A stretch of DNA of 58,387 nt, taken from a virus (lineage: Duplodnaviria; Caudoviricetes). The notes below the pieces were generated by a model. That model had not been told where the DNA came from. It saw only the letters and a list, made by a program, of their open reading frames with translations, and searched no databases. The position numbers and the translations under genes were made by a program. How positions within the stretch are numbered: the first letter of the stretch is position 1; each line of letters starts with the position of its first letter. Where the stretch lies: IMG/VR virus record IMGVR_UViG_3300008122_000003, positions 1-58,387 of that record. One strand, 5' to 3'. Positions 30,154-40,575 of this stretch are shown here, piece after piece.

Positions 30154-33100
30154 ATGGGCAGCAGGGGCGGCGGCAGCAGCGGCACACGAGTTTCAGATTA
30201 CTATTTGGCAACACACGTGGGGGTCTGCCATGGGCCCGTAGATGCCGTCCTTGAAGTCTTTGTTGGGGAAAAATTGGCCTGGCGGGGGGAATCTACCCCT
30301 GCAGACGGCAACCCTGTTGACGGGCACGATGTGTGGGTGGATAACCCCGGGCTATTCGGCGGGAACAAGAAAGAAGGCGGCGTGAAAGGCATGATGGCGG
30401 TCATGCACGGGTCCTCGTCTCAGCTTGTGCCTAACAAAATCGCACAATTCCTTGGTCTCGCCCGCAATAAGGCCCCGGGGTACCGAGGCATCCTGACCAT
30501 TCTTTTTCACAGTGCCAACGGCCGCAATGGTTTCATGTGGTCTTCGAACAACCCTTACCTGAAAGCCTTATGGGTAAAGGTCCGCGCTAAGCCCGGCACA
30601 TGGTATCCGGAAAAAGCAATGATCGGCGGCGACGCCAACCCGATGCACATTATCCGTGAGTGCCTTGTCAACACCGACTGGGGAATGGGCGCTGCATCAA
30701 AAATGCTGAACGACGCCCAGATGCGACAGATCGCGGATGTCCTTTACAGCGAGCGTTTCGGGTTGTCATTGATGTGGGCGCAGCAATCCACTATCGAAGA
30801 GTTTATCTCGGAGATCCTGCGCCACATCAACGGCACCATGTGCGTGGACCCTCGCACCGGAAAGTTTCACTTCAAGCTGATCCGCGAGGATTACACCCAA
30901 GAAACCCTGCCGTCGTTTAACCGGGACCAAGGGACGGTTCGCACCTCTCAGCGCAAAGCATGGGATGAGACGGTCAACGAGATCAACGTTAGCTGGACAA
31001 ACCCGGCGTCGGAAGAGAAAGAAGTCATCACCGTCCACGACCCGGCCAACATTACCATTCAAGGTGCCGTCGTGCCTGACAGCCGGGACATGTACGGCAT
31101 CCGGAACGTTGCCCTGGCCACTAAAGTAGCCATGCGGGAGACCCAGGTAGCATCAAAGCCGCTGCTCCAGGTGGAGATCGATTTTGACCGCAGTGCCTTC
31201 GGCCTCCTGCCCGGGGATGCCATTAAGCTTGTGGGTTGGAAAGAACTGAATTTCGAGGAAATCGTCATGCGGGTGGTGACGATTGACTACGGCACACCCG
31301 ACAGCATGGTGATCAAGGCATCCTTGGTAGAGGATGTGTTCGGTCAGCCGGCTGTCTACACAGCAGAAGACCCGAACCGCTGGCAGAGCGCCGCGGAAGA
31401 CCCCGTGCCAATCGTGACATGGGAAGTAATGACTGCACCGTACTTCATGGTGGCCCGCCTGCTAGGAGAGACCCGAGCCCAAGGTATGACCTACCCGGCC
31501 GTCTACCCTGTAGTATTGGCCGCGCCGGAAGGGCAAGACACGAACACCTACGTCCAGCAGGCGCAGCGAGGTAACATCGCTGGCACGGGGCCTGTGTGGC
31601 AGAACAGCTATGATCGGGTTCCGGTGGGGCATGCGGCGCTGGTTGACGCCTTGCCGATCGGTGCGACAGGGTCCGCCACGCTTACCGGGTTGAAGGGTCG
31701 CGTCTATGCGGATGTGAACAACTATCTCTACATCGGAGGGCAGAACGGGGAGATCTGCCTCATCACCGAGATATTCTCGGGATCACTAACCCTGCGCAGA
31801 GGTTGCTTGGATACCAGTCCTCGCGCTTGGCCGGCGGGAACGCCTGTTTGGCTGCTGGATGACAATCGCCATGGCTTCGACGAGGAGTTATCGGCTTACG
31901 GTGCGACGCAGAACTACAGACTGCTGCCGACTACGTCGAAAGGCCAGCTGCCAGTGGAACAAGCCCCGGTGATCTCCGGTGTCATGTCAGACCGACCGTT
32001 CCGCCCATATCCTCCGGCTAACGTCCGTATTAATGGCGATCTATTCCCTTCTGCCCTGCAATTGCCGCTGTCGTTCACATGGTCTGAGCGCAACCGGATA
32101 TTGGAGACCTCGATTGTCCTACCATGGGACGGGTCGAGTGTCCCTGCTGAGCCCGGGACTACCTACACCCTTGAGATTGACGCCTTCAGCGGGGGCCAGT
32201 GGCGGACGAATGCCATTGCAGTGCGGAAGGCGACGGTCGCCTCGTTCGATGTAGAGGCGGAGATTCTGCCTAACAATACCACTGCGATCCGGTTCAGACT
32301 GTGGGCCGAAAAAGGAGGGCTGCGATCCTGGTCCACCGTTGAGCACACATTCCCTGTAGGTGATACGGGCTCCGGGTTGCCGCCGGACGCTGGGGTGGAA
32401 TTCAGCCCGCCGCCAAAGCCGGTTTCTGTGAAGGTCACGGCCTATCGCAACGCCATTAAACTGGAGCCGCAGTTCGCCGCCGTTGACCGCTTCAGCTGTG
32501 AATACTGGCGGTCACGAGTGCCGCTGGTAGAGGGGGAGATCGAAGCGAAAGCGTTCAAGATCGGCCAGGGGCTGTTCGTGGAAGACTCAGGGCTTTTGAT
32601 TGACACCGTCTACTTCTATTTCCTGCGAGCGGTTAATGCTTACGGCAAGTCAGAGTGGTATTCCATGGAAGCCCGCACCAAGATCGACCCGCAGGAAATA
32701 TTGGACGAAATGGACGGGTTGATCGACAGCTCCAAGTTGACCCCTGAGTTGCAGGAAGACCTGGCCCTTCTGCCATCGGTGGCGGAGGTACTGGAGGGAT
32801 TCGACCCGGCCAACATCACATCCATTCAGGCACAAGCCGACCTAGCAGGACAGGCTGCGCTGGAAGGGGCGATCAAGGACCACGAGGGGGATATCTCCCG
32901 TCGCACCGCCGACGCGGGAATATATCGGGCGCAGAAGGTTATCGCAGATGATCAGCAGGCACTGGCCCAAGACCTCCTTCGCCTTGACGCTAAATACGAC
33001 GGTGAGGTCGGGACGCTTCACGCTGCGGTGCAGGAGGAACGCACCGCCCGTGCGACGGCGGATGAGGCCTTGGCGACATCCGTGTCAACAGTGCAGGCCG

Positions 33101-33627
33101 ACCTGAACGGCACGAAAGCGACGGTCCAGCAGCAGTCATCCGCCATCGTGGATTTGGAGAACGGCGCCCAGGCCATGTGGACAATCAAGGCGCAAGCGGG
33201 GGACATCTCAGCGGGCATTGGCCTGATCGCAGACGAGGCTACGGGCAAGAGCCAGGTCCTAGTCAATGCCTCGCAGTTCTTCGTGTTTGACGATGCGGTG
33301 GGCAAGACCGCGGTGTTCGCCATTGACCAGGGTCAGGTGGTGATCGTTGATGCGGTCATCGAGAAGGCCACGATCGACATTCTGAATGCTACCGAGATCA
33401 CCGCGACCAATATAAAGGCCAATGCGACAATCTCCTCTCCGAAGATAAACGGGGGGATTATTAGCGGAGGCACACTCAACATTGCTAACCGATTCACTGT
33501 TGACGGAGCAGGAAACGTGAAGATACGGCATGACACCGGGGGCGATGGGATGACGATCGAAAACAACCGGATCCAAGTGAAAGACACCGCAGGCGTGGTT
33601 CGCGTTAAGATAGGATGGCTTGGATGA
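30154..33627 (+). CDS. Central tail tip/host specificity protein (J-like C-terminus)
   Basis: CHGPVD, NPMHIIRECL, Fn3-like segment, coiled coil, DUF1983-like AGIGL...SQVLVNASQF. Confidence 0.85.
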   Translation: MGSRGGGSSGTRVSDYYLATHVGVCHGPVDAVLEVFVGEKLAWRGESTPADGNPVDGHDVWVDNPGLFGGNKKEGGVKGMMAVMHGSSSQLVPNKIAQFLGLARNKAPGYRGILTILFHSANGRNGFMWSSNNPYLKALWVKVRAKPGTWYPEKAMIGGDANPMHIIRECLVNTDWGMGAASKMLNDAQMRQIADVLYSERFGLSLMWAQQSTIEEFISEILRHINGTMCVDPRTGKFHFKLIREDYTQETLPSFNRDQGTVRTSQRKAWDETVNEINVSWTNPASEEKEVITVHDPANITIQGAVVPDSRDMYGIRNVALATKVAMRETQVASKPLLQVEIDFDRSAFGLLPGDAIKLVGWKELNFEEIVMRVVTIDYGTPDSMVIKASLVEDVFGQPAVYTAEDPNRWQSAAEDPVPIVTWEVMTAPYFMVARLLGETRAQGMTYPAVYPVVLAAPEGQDTNTYVQQAQRGNIAGTGPVWQNSYDRVPVGHAALVDALPIGATGSATLTGLKGRVYADVNNYLYIGGQNGEICLITEIFSGSLTLRRGCLDTSPRAWPAGTPVWLLDDNRHGFDEELSAYGATQNYRLLPTTSKGQLPVEQAPVISGVMSDRPFRPYPPANVRINGDLFPSALQLPLSFTWSERNRILETSIVLPWDGSSVPAEPGTTYTLEIDAFSGGQWRTNAIAVRKATVASFDVEAEILPNNTTAIRFRLWAEKGGLRSWSTVEHTFPVGDTGSGLPPDAGVEFSPPPKPVSVKVTAYRNAIKLEPQFAAVDRFSCEYWRSRVPLVEGEIEAKAFKIGQGLFVEDSGLLIDTVYFYFLRAVNAYGKSEWYSMEARTKIDPQEILDEMDGLIDSSKLTPELQEDLALLPSVAEVLEGFDPANITSIQAQADLAGQAALEGAIKDHEGDISRRTADAGIYRAQKVIADDQQALAQDLLRLDAKYDGEVGTLHAAVQEERTARATADEALATSVSTVQADLNGTKATVQQQSSAIVDLENGAQAMWTIKAQAGDISAGIGLIADEATGKSQVLVNASQFFVFDDAVGKTAVFAIDQGQVVIVDAVIEKATIDILNATEITATNIKANATISSPKINGGIISGGTLNIANRFTVDGAGNVKIRHDTGGDGMTIENNRIQVKDTAGVVRVKIGWLG

Positions 33628-33890
33628 GCTACGGGGTTCAGACATATGACGCAGCGGGTCGCCAGACAGTTGGGTTTGATAACCCATGTATTCTGATCGA
33701 TCAGTTTAACGGGGGGCGCGGGGCTAAATGCCCGCCCATCGTTTACCAAACATCGTTCAATTACGGCAACGGATCCAAATCGTATAACATTCGCCCAGGT
33801 AGCAGATGCATAGCTGTTGTCGGCATACCTTTCCCCGTGGTCGATAACACCCAAGGGGACGTGATATATCTAGTTTATGAGGTGACGTAG
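33624..33890 (+). CDS. Small tail tip-associated protein
   Basis: MSYGVQTYDAAG start typical of genes following J-like proteins. Confidence 0.65.
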   Translation: MSYGVQTYDAAGRQTVGFDNPCILIDQFNGGRGAKCPPIVYQTSFNYGNGSKSYNIRPGSRCIAVVGIPFPVVDNTQGDVIYLVYEVT

Positions 33891-34597
33891 TGTACGGTGC
33901 GGAGCTCTGCGATTCATCCGGGCGTATTTTCGCCAGGACGGACGGGGAAACATATCACTATTGGGGGTGTCTCGATATATCACCCGGGACTTCTTTGCAA
34001 ACGACGTCCCTGTTCAACGTACCGACATCAATCCCTGTGGCCTGTTTCATCAACATAACGATCGCCCCGCATAACAATTTTGTTGATCGAGGGGGGCTTG
34101 TTGAGTTGGTTTCTGCCGGTGGCCGATGGGGGGTTCGGCACAGGAGCAACATCCCTGTAGCCCCAGCTACGGTTAGAGCCTTTACTCGCTTTCGTTTATT
34201 CGTTTTTCTGCCGGCGCGTTATATCCCGCAAGATCAATACGGGGTGCAGTGTTTCAGTGCCTCCGGGGTTAAGACGTTCGAAAGTGCGAGGCCCGCTTTG
34301 CAGTTGTGCGGCTTGGCAACAAACCCAGGGGAAACCCCTTTTTTCTTTAACAGGAGCACATCTCTGCCCGCCAGTTGCATGAACAACGAACAAACAAGTT
34401 TTAGTCTCAATTATGGGACGAATTACAACATGCGATATTATGCCTCACAGGTTGATGCCGCGGGCGGGCGGGGGTTCACATCTCTTTGGGATTTCAGTTA
34501 CGGCGGGACGCCGCTTCCGGTTACAAATGTCAAGAATGTGTCTTTGATCGACGGGAACTATTACAGTCAATTCCCCAATCGGCCTTCGTTTTCCTAA
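33890..34597 (+). CDS. Tail tip-associated protein
   Basis: MYG.E...SG, YGVQCF...G..TF.S repeats; lower GC. Confidence 0.65.
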   Translation: MYGAELCDSSGRIFARTDGETYHYWGCLDISPGTSLQTTSLFNVPTSIPVACFINITIAPHNNFVDRGGLVELVSAGGRWGVRHRSNIPVAPATVRAFTRFRLFVFLPARYIPQDQYGVQCFSASGVKTFESARPALQLCGLATNPGETPFFFNRSTSLPASCMNNEQTSFSLNYGTNYNMRYYASQVDAAGGRGFTSLWDFSYGGTPLPVTNVKNVSLIDGNYYSQFPNRPSFS

Positions 34598-34649
34598 ATG
34601 ACGGCAGGCTGAGATTTGCGAGCTTCATGAAAAAATAAAGGACAAATCA

Positions 34650-36320
34650 ATGGCAGGAACATGGGAAAGACGCGGGACGGTGACCGTCACGCAGGACAGC
34701 AACATCGTGACCGGTGTCAGCACGTACTGGACAGACGCACAGAACGGCCCGCAGGTCGGTAATACTTTTTACGGGCCGGATGGGCAGGCGCACGAGGTCG
34801 CAGTGATCCGGTCTGCCACCGAGCTGTGGCTGGCGGACGACTACAAGGGCGCAACCGCAGCTGGCGTCCCCTACCAGATCGACACCACTCGCGTCGACAG
34901 TGTGCCTGGGCTGGCATCCCGCGTAGCCGCAGTGCTCGGGTTCGCCCAGGGTCAATACGACAACCTGGACAAGTGGACTCAGGGCGGGGTGGATGAGGAT
35001 GTGACATTGACATCGCCGAACGGGGAGTCTGTCAAGGTGCCCAGCTTACCCAAGATGGGCAAGGACTACACGACCGTGGCGGAGGCGTTACCTGCAGCAG
35101 AGCGTGCCGAAGCCGCGGCCAACCGGGCAGACGTGACCGCGGTTGATGTCAATGCGAAACACGCCGATGTCGTCGCGATGACCGCACAAGTGTCGTCCAT
35201 GCGCACCGAGGTTGAAACGGACGCCCGGCAGGCATCCGCAGCGTCTGACACGGCAGCACAGAAGGCGGCGGCGGCCGCTGAACATGAAGCCGCTGCGCTC
35301 GACGCGGCAGAGCGAGCGGAGAATGCCGCCCTGGCCAACACAGGGACCGTCTTGGATGGCGGTATCTGTGACCTATCGGGCGGGGTGTACCCTCCGCCCA
35401 TCACGGTAGGCGGGGACCCTTATTCCTCTGTCTGGTATGTCGGAGGGGCCGGGACAGTGTCCGGTGAGCGATACGACGTGGGCGATGTGTTGCGGTACTC
35501 CACGGCCAACGGCGGTTTCTATTTCCGCCAGGATGCGAAAGACGACGTTTACAGCGTCAACGGCGAGAAGGGGGAGGTGGTAATAACGCCGGAGAAGATA
35601 AGGGCTTTGCCAATATCGGGCGGCGTTGCGTCGGGTCACATATTTGTGGATATGGGCACGGACGAAGAAGACCCTCAGATTGGCCTGCGCAGAGGGCCTA
35701 GAACCATTCTTATGGCCGACAGTGGGTCTAAAGTGGGGCTATTCACGAACGGGATCGAGGGTGTAAACGGCGCGTGGCTGATCAGTAGACTGATTGCAAC
35801 CGGCGTTATTGATGTCGGAGACCGTAGAACCCCGCTCGCACTTAACGGCATCGACGAGGCCCCTCTCTATAATGGGGGTCGTATATACTGTGAGGGGTTC
35901 AAGCCAACCATTTCGGATGTTGATGGGCTTGCTTCGCAGCTTGCGGAGGCCCTGAGCAGAATTGCTGAATTGGAGACGTGGCCGCAGTCCGGGTCTAATG
36001 CGAATGGTAGCTGGATAAAGCACCGCGACGGCACGATGACGTGTCGTAGGACTTTTGAGGCGAATACTCAGCAGAACGGCACCACAACGCAAGGTATTTA
36101 TTATGGTGCTCCGCTTGCTCCACTGCCATTTCCTATACCTTTTGTTGGTATCCCTGTCGCTACTGTTACTTTTATGCCTAAGACCAGCGGTACTTTCTGG
36201 GCCGTTTATAGTAGCTCTCCGAGTACTACGCATTGGCCCGGCGCGTATCCATTCAGGGAGCAGCCTATTCCAGTGGCCCCGATTACAATCTGTTTGGAGG
36301 CTTCTGGTAGGTGGAAGTGA
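34650..36320 (+). CDS. Tail fiber / receptor-binding protein
   Basis: GTVTVT..SN.VTG..T.W N-terminus, Ala-rich coil, SVNG.KG.V, C-terminal SGSNANGSWIK..DGTM.C domain. Confidence 0.85.
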   Translation: MAGTWERRGTVTVTQDSNIVTGVSTYWTDAQNGPQVGNTFYGPDGQAHEVAVIRSATELWLADDYKGATAAGVPYQIDTTRVDSVPGLASRVAAVLGFAQGQYDNLDKWTQGGVDEDVTLTSPNGESVKVPSLPKMGKDYTTVAEALPAAERAEAAANRADVTAVDVNAKHADVVAMTAQVSSMRTEVETDARQASAASDTAAQKAAAAAEHEAAALDAAERAENAALANTGTVLDGGICDLSGGVYPPPITVGGDPYSSVWYVGGAGTVSGERYDVGDVLRYSTANGGFYFRQDAKDDVYSVNGEKGEVVITPEKIRALPISGGVASGHIFVDMGTDEEDPQIGLRRGPRTILMADSGSKVGLFTNGIEGVNGAWLISRLIATGVIDVGDRRTPLALNGIDEAPLYNGGRIYCEGFKPTISDVDGLASQLAEALSRIAELETWPQSGSNANGSWIKHRDGTMTCRRTFEANTQQNGTTTQGIYYGAPLAPLPFPIPFVGIPVATVTFMPKTSGTFWAVYSSSPSTTHWPGAYPFREQPIPVAPITICLEASGRWK

Positions 36321-36458
36321 TTTGCGGCGGCACTCTCTGGTATAAGAGGGGCCATTTCTTGGAAGAGCGCGGGGGTTACGATGGACTGAGAATTGCATAT
36401 GGCGTGTTTTTCGTTCGTAAACTTGAGGCGTGACCGCCCCGTAACTTGGAGATGTTTG

Positions 36459-37166
36459 ATGACTGTGAAAACAAAACAACCGCGGGGGATCCGCAACAAC
36501 AACCCCGGCAATATCGAATGGGGCAGCCAGTGGCAAGGGTTGCGTCATGAGGGCGAACGAACCGACAACAGGTTCGCTCAGTTCAAGGACCCGGTGTTCG
36601 GTGTCAGGGCACTAGCCTGCGTGCTGATCACCTACCAGGATAAGCGCAAGGCCAAGGATGGTAGCAAGATCGACTCCATCGCGGAGATCATTGGCCGCTG
36701 GGCCCCGCCGTTCGAGAACGACAGCGACGCCTATGCGAACAGCGTGGCGGCCCTGGTGGATGGCATCGGCCCGGATGACGAGGTGATCGATGTGCACAAC
36801 TTCGACCATCTGCGCCCTATCGTCGAGGGGATCATCCGCCACGAGAACGGCCGTGGACCACTTAAGACAGAGAACAGCTGGTACACCTCTGCTCAGATCG
36901 AAGAGGGTTTGCGCCGTGCAGGGGTTGTGAAGAAGGCGACGGCCGAGACCAAGATGGCTGCCGCACTGCCGGCGGCCGCTGTTGGCGGGGTTGGCCTAGA
37001 CCAAGTGGCGCAGGTGTTGCCCTCTGTCATGGCCGCCGTGGACAACGCGAAGGTCGACTTGACCAGTGGCAATATGCTGCAGCTGGCCTTGGGTGCCTTC
37101 GCTATCGGTGCTGCGGTGTTCCTAGCGTGGCAGCAGTACCGGAAGATGCAGGCAGGTGCTGCATGA
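36459..37166 (+). CDS. Endolysin (Chi-type) with C-terminal hydrophobic helices
   Basis: PRGIRNNNPGNI, RWAPP.END, IIRHENG; first gene of the lysis cassette. Confidence 0.8.
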   Translation: MTVKTKQPRGIRNNNPGNIEWGSQWQGLRHEGERTDNRFAQFKDPVFGVRALACVLITYQDKRKAKDGSKIDSIAEIIGRWAPPFENDSDAYANSVAALVDGIGPDDEVIDVHNFDHLRPIVEGIIRHENGRGPLKTENSWYTSAQIEEGLRRAGVVKKATAETKMAAALPAAAVGGVGLDQVAQVLPSVMAAVDNAKVDLTSGNMLQLALGAFAIGAAVFLAWQQYRKMQAGAA

Positions 37167-37405
37167 TCGAACGGTTGAAAGCGTGGGCCCTCTGGGCCCT
37201 TTTCGGTATTGGGGCCGTCCTGTTCGCACTGGTTAAGGGCCGACGGGACGGCCGGCAGCAGGCCGAACAGGATCAACAGGCAGACGTGGCGCAGGACGCA
37301 GCGAAGGCGTCGAAGGAGATACGAGATGTGCGGACGGAAGTGGACAGCAAGGCTGCTGGGGCTGCTGATCGGCAGCTCCGTGATGAGTGGATGCGCGACG
37401 AATGA
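37163..37405 (+). CDS. Inner-membrane spanin (Rz-like)
   Basis: N-terminal TM helix plus coiled coil; follows endolysin. Confidence 0.75.
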   Translation: MIERLKAWALWALFGIGAVLFALVKGRRDGRQQAEQDQQADVAQDAAKASKEIRDVRTEVDSKAAGAADRQLRDEWMRDE

Positions 37406-37550
37406 GCTGGTGGTTGAGCCGTCGTTCTGTGCGGTCAGCGGGCCCATCATGATCGGACGAGAGGACATGCTCACCGACCAGACGGCCCGCCTCATCCTGA
37501 ACCACAATCTGACCGGCAAAACGCTATGTGGTTGGCGGGGAAAGAAATAG
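37326..37550 (+). CDS. Outer-membrane spanin lipoprotein (Rz1-like)
   Basis: Signal peptide with lipobox MSGC; overlaps Rz in another frame. Confidence 0.75.
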   Translation: MCGRKWTARLLGLLIGSSVMSGCATNELVVEPSFCAVSGPIMIGREDMLTDQTARLILNHNLTGKTLCGWRGKK

Positions 37551-37635
37551 TCAATATTTAGCCGGACAGATTTGGAGCGAATGGGTCTGTCCGGTTACTA
37601 TTGAGCCAATCCATAACGGTTGCCTGGGGGCAGAG

Positions 37636-37866
37636 ATGAGCGAAGATGTGAAAAAGGCGATATGCCTGTGTGTGTTCACCGGGATGTTGGCCGGAGCGTG
37701 GTGCTTCGACTCATATCTGGAATACAAAGAGGTATTCACGCAGGAGCAGACCAAGCGCCTGATATCACTGGACAACAAGAGGCTCGAACTGGAGCGTTTG
37801 AAGCAAGACAACCAAACTGCGACGGCAGCTTACTGGTCGAAGGACACTCCCGGCAGTAAGGAGTGA
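37636..37866 (+). CDS. Hypothetical membrane protein
   Basis: N-terminal TM helix then coiled coil. Confidence 0.55.
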   Translation: MSEDVKKAICLCVFTGMLAGAWCFDSYLEYKEVFTQEQTKRLISLDNKRLELERLKQDNQTATAAYWSKDTPGSKE

Positions 37867-37872
37867 TGGCCC

Positions 37873-38199
37873 ATGCGCAATGAGTTCGAACAGTTCGTGG
37901 TTAAGCACGGCGCCTATTGGGTAGTCGCGCTGGTGGCTGTTGCCATCGGCAAGCTCTATAGCCGCGAGAAACAAACAATAAAAAGCATACTCCGGTCGGC
38001 CCTCGCGGCATTGGCGATCTCTTTTATGGTCGTCGAGCGGTTCGCCGGAAGTGTGGAACAGAGCACGGTATTCATGTATGTGTTTGTCGCATCGATGTCA
38101 GCCGACGTTATCGTCGAGATGATCATGGGACTGGGCATACGGATCAAGGAAGACCCTTCCTTGCTGACGAAGTTCCTACCGTGGGGTAATAAAAAATGA
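37873..38199 (+). CDS. Putative holin
   Basis: Three hydrophobic segments, basic C-terminus, lysis region. Confidence 0.6.
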   Translation: MRNEFEQFVVKHGAYWVVALVAVAIGKLYSREKQTIKSILRSALAALAISFMVVERFAGSVEQSTVFMYVFVASMSADVIVEMIMGLGIRIKEDPSLLTKFLPWGNKK

Positions 38200-38474
38200 C
38201 AGTCTTCTCGTTCTTGTCTGTCCTCAATATCGGGATGACCATCGTGCTGGTGGCCGTGGCGAGCTATCGGCTCGGTCTATCAGCGGATACCTGGCGTCGG
38301 CAGATTGTGGCCACGCCCATATTCCTTGGCATTGCCTTACTGGTGATGCACATTATCGGGTTGATGGACGACCGCCCCGGGCTGCACGACATCGAGACGC
38401 TGTCTTGGCGGCTGCTCGACTTCCTATCCCTGATCACCATGGTTCGCCTGCTCAAGGCGATACCGTCCAAATGA
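38196..38474 (+). CDS. Membrane protein (holin/antiholin-like)
   Basis: Three hydrophobic segments; coupled to the previous gene. Confidence 0.55.
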   Translation: MTVFSFLSVLNIGMTIVLVAVASYRLGLSADTWRRQIVATPIFLGIALLVMHIIGLMDDRPGLHDIETLSWRLLDFLSLITMVRLLKAIPSK

Positions 38475-38476
38475 AG

Positions 38477-38503
38477 AAAGCCGACCACCTGGTCGGCTTT
38501 TTT
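38477..38503. terminator. Bidirectional terminator between convergent late and early arms
   Basis: AAAGCCGACC-ACCT-GGTCGGCTTT-TTT. Confidence 0.85.
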
Positions 38504-38509
38504 GTTGGG

Positions 38510-39253
38510 CTATCGTCTGTGCCATGTGGTCCGGGCCAGTGCCTGCAACATGAACTCTTGGGTGATCGGTTCGAGCTGTTCTGGAGCGGGTTGGTACGTT
38601 TTATCCCATCTACCACCTACCCAGATGCGAGCACTTGTGAACCCGTCATCCAGCCACATCAACGACCCCGAGGCGCCGTGGTAGTGTGTGGCAGCTGTGA
38701 TGGTGGCGGTTTCCCATGTCTCAATGTCCGTCCGGGAGGAGGTCTTTGCGATTGCCGCGCATCCGCTGAAAGGCTGAACCCAGATTGTCCTGTCAACTAG
38801 CGGTTCACAAATGCTGATGATCGAGTAGTCGTCATCCACAAGCACGATCCGGTGCTCGTCTTTCATTTCACTCTTTATCTGCACTATCGCGTCGTACTTG
38901 AACTCTGCCGCACGGCGGTGCTCGTATGCCGGCCGCATGTGAATGGTGCGAGCGAACGGCTTGATCAGGAAGCTGTCGTCTTTCCACTTCATCACCTTGG
39001 CAATTGACCGGGCGGTCTGCATCCGGCACACCTCGCTGCGGCCTGTCAGGAAGAGAACCTGCGAACCTTCACTGGCTCTCAGCATTTCGTTCAGCATCTG
39101 CCACATGTGGTGGATAGGCTCGTCGTTCTCGCACGCCAAGTTGAACGCGTCCCACTGTTCGGATGTCTGGCCATCGCCGGTCGGCAGCAGATGTTGACGG
39201 TGTGAGTTGTCGAACAGGACGCCGTCCAGGTCGAAGATGTAGAGGTTAGGCAT
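38510..39253 (-). CDS. HAD-family phosphatase (PseT phosphatase-like)
   Basis: IFDLDGVL, LTGR, MRP, K, VDD motifs. Confidence 0.85.
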   Translation of the reverse strand: MPNLYIFDLDGVLFDNSHRQHLLPTGDGQTSEQWDAFNLACENDEPIHHMWQMLNEMLRASEGSQVLFLTGRSEVCRMQTARSIAKVMKWKDDSFLIKPFARTIHMRPAYEHRRAAEFKYDAIVQIKSEMKDEHRIVLVDDDYSIISICEPLVDRTIWVQPFSGCAAIAKTSSRTDIETWETATITAATHYHGASGSLMWLDDGFTSARIWVGGRWDKTYQPAPEQLEPITQEFMLQALARTTWHRR

Positions 39254-39272
39254 TGGTGGTTGTCCTTGTTGG

Positions 39273-40307
39273 TTAGAGTTGGTCGTTGACGAGAACGGCT
39301 ATCGCTTGAGCCACCGTGAAGTGCCAGCGTCCGTCGTCTGCGGGGTGCGGCGCGATATTGTCACGGATAACGATCGCACCTTCTGGGCAATCCCCTCCGA
39401 GGCGGACATACTCGATCACGGTGTCGCATCGCTCCGCTTCGCTCTCCAATCGTTCAACCGCGCCGGCATCAACCCCTTCGACCAGGTAGATGATTGCATT
39501 GTTGAATGAACCAGGGCGATCGCTGAACGAGAAGTCGTAGCCCTCGGACGTTTTGGTCGGAGCGACCGGTTCAGCTTCTTGCGAGGCGGCCATGGCCAGT
39601 ACCATTTTGGTGGTGCTCTGTTTGTCGGAGATGTGCCCGCGCAGGATCACATTTGCCTCACGAACGCCGTAGATGGCGATGCCTTTTTCTGCCATAAGAC
39701 GGACGGTTTTGTAACTGGGGTTTTTGTTATCTACCAGGATGCCGTTCGGCGCGACATGGTCTGCCCGCTCAACCGCTCTTGTCGCGATCCCAGCTGTCTG
39801 CGCGAGTTCCTGGAAGGTTCTCAAAATCCCGTCGGCTTGCAGTTTATCCGGGTAGTAGCACAGCGTCTTCCCTGTGAAGGCGGATGGCCGTATGCCCATT
39901 AATTCCTTGGCTTCAGCTACGGCGGCAGCTATGCCTTCTTCAGAGAGGTTGGCCCCTCTGATATCCGGGAAAGCCACACGGGTTGTTGGTTTAACCACAG
40001 ATTCAACGCGAGCCTCACAGAGAGGATAAGCCTCGCCGTCCATGGGCGCGGTCACCTCGGTGATGCAGGTCATCTTGTTGACGAGCATCGCTTTGGCTCT
40101 CTGGGCGGACTTGATGATGTCATCCAGGTCGGTGAGTATGTCCTTGTGTCCGCGCTGGCCCGGGCACAGCGCCTTCTTGATCAGGTGGTCGAGCGCGGGG
40201 TTCTTGGTCGGGTAGGCGTCCAGGATGTCGTAGACATCGACCTGCAGGCTGCCGGCGTTCCCTTCTTTGTCGACACCATAGATGGTGCGGAGGTATTTGT
40301 TGGTCAT
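39273..40307 (-). CDS. Hypothetical protein with N-terminal DUF3310-like domain
   Basis: VDVYDIL..Y...NPAL.H.IKK.LCPG.RG.KD; RBS AGGA before ATG 40307. Confidence 0.65.
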   Translation of the reverse strand: MTNKYLRTIYGVDKEGNAGSLQVDVYDILDAYPTKNPALDHLIKKALCPGQRGHKDILTDLDDIIKSAQRAKAMLVNKMTCITEVTAPMDGEAYPLCEARVESVVKPTTRVAFPDIRGANLSEEGIAAAVAEAKELMGIRPSAFTGKTLCYYPDKLQADGILRTFQELAQTAGIATRAVERADHVAPNGILVDNKNPSYKTVRLMAEKGIAIYGVREANVILRGHISDKQSTTKMVLAMAASQEAEPVAPTKTSEGYDFSFSDRPGSFNNAIIYLVEGVDAGAVERLESEAERCDTVIEYVRLGGDCPEGAIVIRDNIAPHPADDGRWHFTVAQAIAVLVNDQL

Positions 40308-40308
40308 A

Positions 40309-40572
40309 TCAGTTTTCCTGTTGTTGTGGTTTGTAGAGGGTGATGGTTCCACTGAACGGGTTGGTTGAGACCTGCACCCCGTGTTTCCGGAGGCCATCAG
40401 CGTAAAGGCGGATCTCGGAGGTGCTGATGGGTGCACGTAATCCGTGACGTCCTTCGGCTCCATTGGTGCGGTCTTCTGCGGCGGAACGCAAATCCTCCGA
40501 GGTTATGTTGAAGGCCTGCCCTGGGCCGGTGTGGCCGATTATCTCAAGCAGATCACGGTGTCGCATTGTCAC
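40309..40572 (-). CDS. Hypothetical protein
   Basis: Tightly packed ORF in the leftward operon. Confidence 0.6.
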   Translation of the reverse strand: MTMRHRDLLEIIGHTGPGQAFNITSEDLRSAAEDRTNGAEGRHGLRAPISTSEIRLYADGLRKHGVQVSTNPFSGTITLYKPQQQEN

Positions 40573-40575
40573 CCC

